A stretch of 48,304 nt of DNA from positions 1 to 48,304 of the IMG/VR virus record IMGVR_UViG_3300037424_001203. One strand, 5' to 3'. This DNA comes from a virus. Its lineage: Duplodnaviria; Caudoviricetes. Below the pieces are notes generated by a model. The model saw nothing but the letters and a program-made list of their open reading frames with translations, ran no database searches and had not been told where the DNA came from. The position numbers were made by a program, and so were the translations under genes. The first letter of the stretch is position 1. The number at the start of each line of letters is the position of its first letter. Shown piece by piece: positions 44,426-48,304 of the stretch.

Positions 44426-44884
44426 TTGGCTTACCAGCCGCTCTTCAGCTCTAAACAACGCGATTACCTGTGGTCGCGCGAATGCCTGGCGGCCTGGCGC
44501 GCCGGCCGCGGCCGGCTGCCGATCTGCAACATTTGCGACACGCCGGTGCAGATCGACGATCCCTGGGACGAAAGCCACGACCCGGCGCAGCCGCGCGTGT
44601 TCGGCGGCAAGTCGGTCGGCATCGCCCACCGCGGCTGCAACCACCGCCACGGCTACATGGTGGTCAAGCCGCAGGTCGATAAGTGCGACCGCGTCCGCGC
44701 CCGCCACCTCGGCCTGAAAGGCCCCGGCCTCGGCCGCTATCCGATGAAGGCCGGCCGGCGCTCGGCCGTCACCAAGACCATGAACCGCGGCGTCAAGCCG
44801 CGCCTGACGCTTGGCCAGCGCCTGGCGGCGCTGCAGGCGCGCCGTTTTTTCATCGAGCCGACCGACACGGAGACACGACCATGA
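44426..44884 (+). CDS. HNH-like Zn-binding nuclease
   Basis: CNIC...WDESH...AHRGCNHRH; TTG start with GGAG RBS. Confidence 0.7.
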   Translation: MAYQPLFSSKQRDYLWSRECLAAWRAGRGRLPICNICDTPVQIDDPWDESHDPAQPRVFGGKSVGIAHRGCNHRHGYMVVKPQVDKCDRVRARHLGLKGPGLGRYPMKAGRRSAVTKTMNRGVKPRLTLGQRLAALQARRFFIEPTDTETRP

Positions 44885-45183
44885 TCGCCTATTGCTACGC
44901 CTCGGGACTTATCGAGTTTGGAAACAAATTGCCCAACGGCGCGCTGCCGATCGCCAAAGGCCCAGCAAAAAAATTGCTCGACTTTATCGAGCCGGTCGCG
45001 CGCCACGGCTATAGCACCCGTGAGGTCGATGGTCGGCCGACCAAAATTCCAGGCAGCGATTGTCTGCTTGTACCCGGCGTGCCGGAAGCCCCCGACCAAT
45101 TCACCGCCCTCAACGCACTGCAGACGTTCCAATCCTGGATCCGGCACCAAGCCCCCGAGGGCGTGACGGTCGGTGCCGACTAA
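44881..45183 (+). CDS. Small phage protein of the 'host nuclease inhibitor'-annotated family
   Basis: AYCYASGLIEFG..P.GALPIA.G...ARHGY...LLVPGVPEA. Confidence 0.7.
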   Translation: MIAYCYASGLIEFGNKLPNGALPIAKGPAKKLLDFIEPVARHGYSTREVDGRPTKIPGSDCLLVPGVPEAPDQFTALNALQTFQSWIRHQAPEGVTVGAD

Positions 45184-45216
45184 GCCAACAGCCTACGACA
45201 ACCCACGGAGTGAACC

Positions 45217-45528
45217 ATGGCAAAAAGCCGCTTCAAAAATAAGTCTCCCATCGTCAAGCGCTCTGTCGTCATCAAGGGCCACAAGACCAGCGTCAGCCTC
45301 GAGGAGCCGTTCTGGCGGCACCTCGGCGTGATCGCCGAGCGGCGCGGCGTGCCGGTGTCGAACCTGGTCGCCACGATCGACGGCGAGCGCACCACCGGCA
45401 ACCTGTCGTCGACCTTGCGCATAGTGGCGTTTTCCGACGTGCTCGGCCTGCCGGTGTCCCCGGCGTTGTCCCCGGCGCCAAAATCGGCCGCGTCAAATCC
45501 GGCTGTGCCAAATCCGGCTGTGTTATGA
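45217..45528 (+). CDS. Ribbon-helix-helix (RHH_4) DNA-binding protein
   Basis: KRSVVIKGHKTSVSLEEPFW...NLSSTLR. Confidence 0.88.
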   Translation: MAKSRFKNKSPIVKRSVVIKGHKTSVSLEEPFWRHLGVIAERRGVPVSNLVATIDGERTTGNLSSTLRIVAFSDVLGLPVSPALSPAPKSAASNPAVPNPAVL

Positions 45529-45740
45529 CCAAGCCCGCGCCCAGCATCGCCCAGGCGATGGCTGCCGGCCTGGCGCTCGACGCGCGCGCCCGCGACGCCG
45601 GCTATCGCGACGGCGAACACGGCCTGCCCTTCAACGTGCCGGCAGGCTCCGATCCGCTGGCCTATGCCGCCGGCTATTCGCAAGGCCGGGCCGGCCGCCC
45701 CTGGGTGCGCGCCGGCGCTTCGATGGCGGCTTTGTCATGA
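45525..45740 (+). CDS. Hypothetical protein
   Basis: ATGA coupling. Confidence 0.6.
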   Translation: MTKPAPSIAQAMAAGLALDARARDAGYRDGEHGLPFNVPAGSDPLAYAAGYSQGRAGRPWVRAGASMAALS

Positions 45741-46087
45741 GCGGCCCCAACGCCGCCCTCTCGCTTCCGCCCGGCGACCGCGACGATGCACCCGTTGTCG
45801 CAGCCAGCCAGCCCGGCGCGTGCGCCGCGGACGCCGGGCGGGAACCTCATGCCGCCGCCGGCCCGGATATCGACGAACTGTCGAGCCGCCTGCGGCTGGT
45901 CCTCGACGGCGCGCAGCTGGCGCTGGCCGAGCTGACGATGGCGCGCAAAGCCCCGCAGGACCGCGCGACCGCCAGAGCCGCCGCCTGGCGCCTGAACGAG
46001 GCGCTGATGGCCGACCCGCGCAGCCTCGCCACCCAGCTGCGCAAGGCCGTCGTCAACGCGGCGGACAACGCCGCCGAAGGAGCCTGA
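45737..46087 (+). CDS. Hypothetical protein
   Basis: ATGA coupling. Confidence 0.6.
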   Translation: MSGPNAALSLPPGDRDDAPVVAASQPGACAADAGREPHAAAGPDIDELSSRLRLVLDGAQLALAELTMARKAPQDRATARAAAWRLNEALMADPRSLATQLRKAVVNAADNAAEGA

Positions 46088-46089
46088 CC

Positions 46090-46332
46090 ATGCCAACCTG
46101 TGTCCAATGCGGTTGCGACGACGATCACGCCTGCATGACGGTCGAGGGCCCGTGCGCCTGGGCCTCGCTCAGCCCGCCGCTCTGCACCGCCTGCGCCGAG
46201 GGCCTGGCCGTTTACCGGCCGGGCGACGGCTCGGGCATGATCGAATGCGCCCACAGTTTTCTGTTCGCAACGCCGACCGAAGGTCATTGCGTCCATTGCG
46301 GCGCGCCGTTTTGCGAGGAGATCGCGGCATGA
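46090..46332 (+). CDS. Cys-rich zinc-finger protein
   Basis: CVQCGCDDDHAC...CAW...LCTAC...CVHC; AAGGAG RBS. Confidence 0.7.
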   Translation: MPTCVQCGCDDDHACMTVEGPCAWASLSPPLCTACAEGLAVYRPGDGSGMIECAHSFLFATPTEGHCVHCGAPFCEEIAA

Positions 46333-46532
46333 CGGTCGCGACCACCCATTGGTTCGCCTGCGGCTGCGGACGTCATTTCGTCGAGCATCTGCCGCCGTCG
46401 GTCAAACCCAGGGACGCCCGCTGCCCGTCCTGCGGCGCGCGCGCCAAGCCGTTCTCGATCGCCGAAACCGCGCAGAAGATCGCCGACGTCGCGCGCAAGC
46501 CGAAGCGAACCGAGAAAGCAGCGGCACGATGA
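46329..46532 (+). CDS. Zinc-ribbon protein
   Basis: CGCG...CPSCG; ATGA coupling. Confidence 0.65.
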   Translation: MTVATTHWFACGCGRHFVEHLPPSVKPRDARCPSCGARAKPFSIAETAQKIADVARKPKRTEKAAAR

Positions 46533-46813
46533 CGATGCGCTTCAAATTGCCGCCAGGAGGAGACGTGCCGCCGACCGTCGCGGCGCGTCGGCTCGGCCTT
46601 ACGCTGGCGAAATTTGAAGACGCACTGCCGGATCTGCAACAGCGCAATCCGCCGTTTCCCTCTGCCGATCCGACCACGGGCAATTTCGACCTGGACGCCA
46701 TTGAGGAATGGCGCCGGGCCCGCTATCCACAGCTGTTCTTGACCGCACCGCAGACCGCGCGCGACGCTTCGAGCGTCGTGAGAGATAGGCTGCGGAGAAT
46801 CGGCGGTGGGTAA
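46529..46813 (+). CDS. Excisionase-like (AlpA/MerR-type wHTH) protein
   Basis: AARRLGLT...FP..DPTTGNFDLDAIEEW; immediately upstream of the integrase. Confidence 0.65.
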   Translation: MTMRFKLPPGGDVPPTVAARRLGLTLAKFEDALPDLQQRNPPFPSADPTTGNFDLDAIEEWRRARYPQLFLTAPQTARDASSVVRDRLRRIGGG

Positions 46814-48101
46814 CGTGAAAATCCCCTACTACGTCACCCGCCAGCATGCCGGCCGCCCGAAATGGGGCTATTGGGCGCCCTGTCTCAAACGGCGCAATCC
46901 CAAGACCGGCAACATCGAACCGAGCCTGATGGCGCAGCTCAGCTTCAAGCTGGTTGACTGCGGCCAGGACGGCCCGCGCGCCTGGGCGATCGCGCAAAGC
47001 TGGAACGCGAAATGGCATGCCGCGCGCAAGGCGCACCGCGCCGGCGAGATCATCACCAAGCCGGGCGAAGCGGCGCGGGTCTATCCGTTGAACAGTCTCG
47101 GCGAGGCCTATCAGCGCATCCGCCGCACCGGCACGTTCAAGACCAAGGCGCCGGCGACGCAGGAAAGTTGGGCCCGCGGTTGGCGGCACATCGACCCGAT
47201 TTTTGGCGACGTCGATCCCAGCACGATCGGCCTCGAGGATATGGACCTGTGGTACAGCGGCGACTCGGACAACGATATTGACGGGCTGCTTACCACCGTC
47301 GGCGTCAGCGAAGCCTATCACGCCATGAAGATCTGGCGCGCGCTGTGGAAGATGGCGGGCACGCTCAATCGTCCCGCCGGCGGAAAATATTGCGACTCGA
47401 ACGCCGATCCGTCGCTCGGCATCCGTCGCAAGACGCCCAAGCCGCGTTCGGCCGTCTGGCGCGAAGGCGAAGCGGTGCGCCTGGTCAAGCGCGCCTGGCG
47501 CATGGAAAAATACGGCCTTGCCTGCATCATGGCCGTGGCCTGGGACAGCATGCTCTCGCCGGTCGACAATCGCATGTTGACCCCGGCGCAACTGCGGGGC
47601 GATGCCGAAGGGCCATTTTTTGAACTGGCGCGCGCCAAGACCGGCAAGGTCGCGATCGGCACGCTGTCCAAGCGGACGTTGCGGCTGATTAAAGCCTACC
47701 GCGAAATCGTGCCCTACGAGGTTTTCGATACCACGCCGATGTTCCGCACCGCCGGCGCGGCCCCCGGCCCCAAAGGCGGCCGGCGCTGGCTGCCGCAGGC
47801 CTACAGCAAGGACAAGCTCGGCCGCGACTTCCGTGACGTGGTGGCGGCGGAATTTCCCGGCGACACCCGCAAGCTCGCCGACTTCCGGCGCTCCGGCGCC
47901 AAGGAAGCCGAACTCGGCGGCGTGGAAACGTCCGTCCTCGGCCGCAAGATGGCCAACAACATCGACACCGACGCCAAGCTCCGTGAAACCTATCTGCCGG
48001 GCGGCCGCCAGGATGCGTCGATTATCCGGCTTGCCGACGCCGCTCGCGGGCGCGGCCGCAAAAAACTTCGCGGCGGCGGCGGAAGCGGCGCCGCCGGCTA
48101 G
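46806..48101 (+). CDS. int: Phage integrase (tyrosine recombinase, non-canonical catalytic motifs)
   Basis: RAKTG, DFRRSG, ETYL; arm-binding-like N-terminus; adjacent att site. Confidence 0.82.
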   Translation: MGNVKIPYYVTRQHAGRPKWGYWAPCLKRRNPKTGNIEPSLMAQLSFKLVDCGQDGPRAWAIAQSWNAKWHAARKAHRAGEIITKPGEAARVYPLNSLGEAYQRIRRTGTFKTKAPATQESWARGWRHIDPIFGDVDPSTIGLEDMDLWYSGDSDNDIDGLLTTVGVSEAYHAMKIWRALWKMAGTLNRPAGGKYCDSNADPSLGIRRKTPKPRSAVWREGEAVRLVKRAWRMEKYGLACIMAVAWDSMLSPVDNRMLTPAQLRGDAEGPFFELARAKTGKVAIGTLSKRTLRLIKAYREIVPYEVFDTTPMFRTAGAAPGPKGGRRWLPQAYSKDKLGRDFRDVVAAEFPGDTRKLADFRRSGAKEAELGGVETSVLGRKMANNIDTDAKLRETYLPGGRQDASIIRLADAARGRGRKKLRGGGGSGAAG

Positions 48102-48129
48102 TTCCAGTGCGTGAACGGGACGCGGGCGC

Positions 48130-48304
48130 GGAGTCGAATCGCGATGCTTCCAAGAGTCGAAACGGCAAACGGGACAGAGAAAACTATGAACAATCGCAAT
48201 AAGTTAATGGCGGGAGCGACGGGACTCGAACCCGCGACCTCTGCCGTGACAGGGCAGCGACCTCGGGGCAGTTCGTCAGTATTTTCTAGCAGCGATTCGA
48301 CTCC
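48130..48304. other. attP region: 13-bp inverted arm repeats flanking the tRNA core
   Basis: GGAGTCGAATCGC 48130-48142 and its reverse complement 48292-48304; partial copy GAGTCGAA 48154-48161. Confidence 0.75.
48208..48259 (-). tRNA. 3' fragment of tRNA-Asp(GTC), the att core; not a complete tRNA
   Basis: Reverse complement CGCTGCC-CTGTCAC-GGCAG-AGGTC-GCGGGTTCGAGTCCCGT-CGCTCCCGCCA gives anticodon arm, T arm and CCA; D arm and 5' acceptor strand are absent. Confidence 0.9.

Larger units (their letters stand above)
1..48304. mobile_element. Temperate podovirus-like bacteriophage genome (near complete, attP configuration), probable alphaproteobacterial host
   Basis: Full set of terminase, portal, scaffold, capsid, tail tube, ejection, fibre, lysis, cI/cro, replication and integrase genes; no host housekeeping genes; tRNA-Asp fragment att core next to integrase. 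Confidence 0.95.

Noticed and set aside
45455-45523. Short tandem duplications (TGTCCCCGGCG x2, CAAATCCGGCTGTG x2)
   Set aside because: In-frame slippage in the low-complexity tail of the RHH protein; no sign of separate function
48208-48290. Complete functional tRNA-Asp gene
   Set aside because: D arm and 5' acceptor strand are missing; treated as an att core

Overview
The window is a near-complete temperate, podovirus-type (T7/BPP-1-like virion module) phage genome. High GC and a GapR/DUF2312 gene point to an alphaproteobacterial, probably Hyphomicrobiales, host. Layout: (i) + strand accessory genes at 1-4.5 kb (DUF6745 repeat protein cut by the window start, DUF5131, gp49/66-family and others). 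(ii) A long minus-strand run. In transcription order it holds cro, gapR-like, MT-A70 MTase, replication initiator, a Q-position gene, a Cre-like recombinase, terS/terL, portal, scaffold, capsid, tail tubes, ejection proteins, tail fibres and holin/endolysin/spanins. (iii) A + strand run from cI through HNH, RHH, Zn-finger and xis-like genes to an integrase, ending in an attP-like site (3' part of tRNA-Asp flanked by inverted arm repeats). Most notable: a terminator-insulated two-gene module of a 73-aa MoaD/ubiquitin-like protein ending in FFPRLQGG plus a Cys-containing partner, with no recognisable E1 or JAB gene in the window. Also notable: a second, Cre-like recombinase with its own lox-like palindrome near the terminase genes; a structured capsid mRNA leader with a thrice-repeated internal-loop motif; four perfect DnaA boxes; an ADP-ribosyltransferase-like insertion in an ejection protein followed by a coupled low-GC ORF; a lipoprotein-type endolysin; and an integrase with a non-canonical active site. 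All family calls come from motif recognition by eye; no searches were run.
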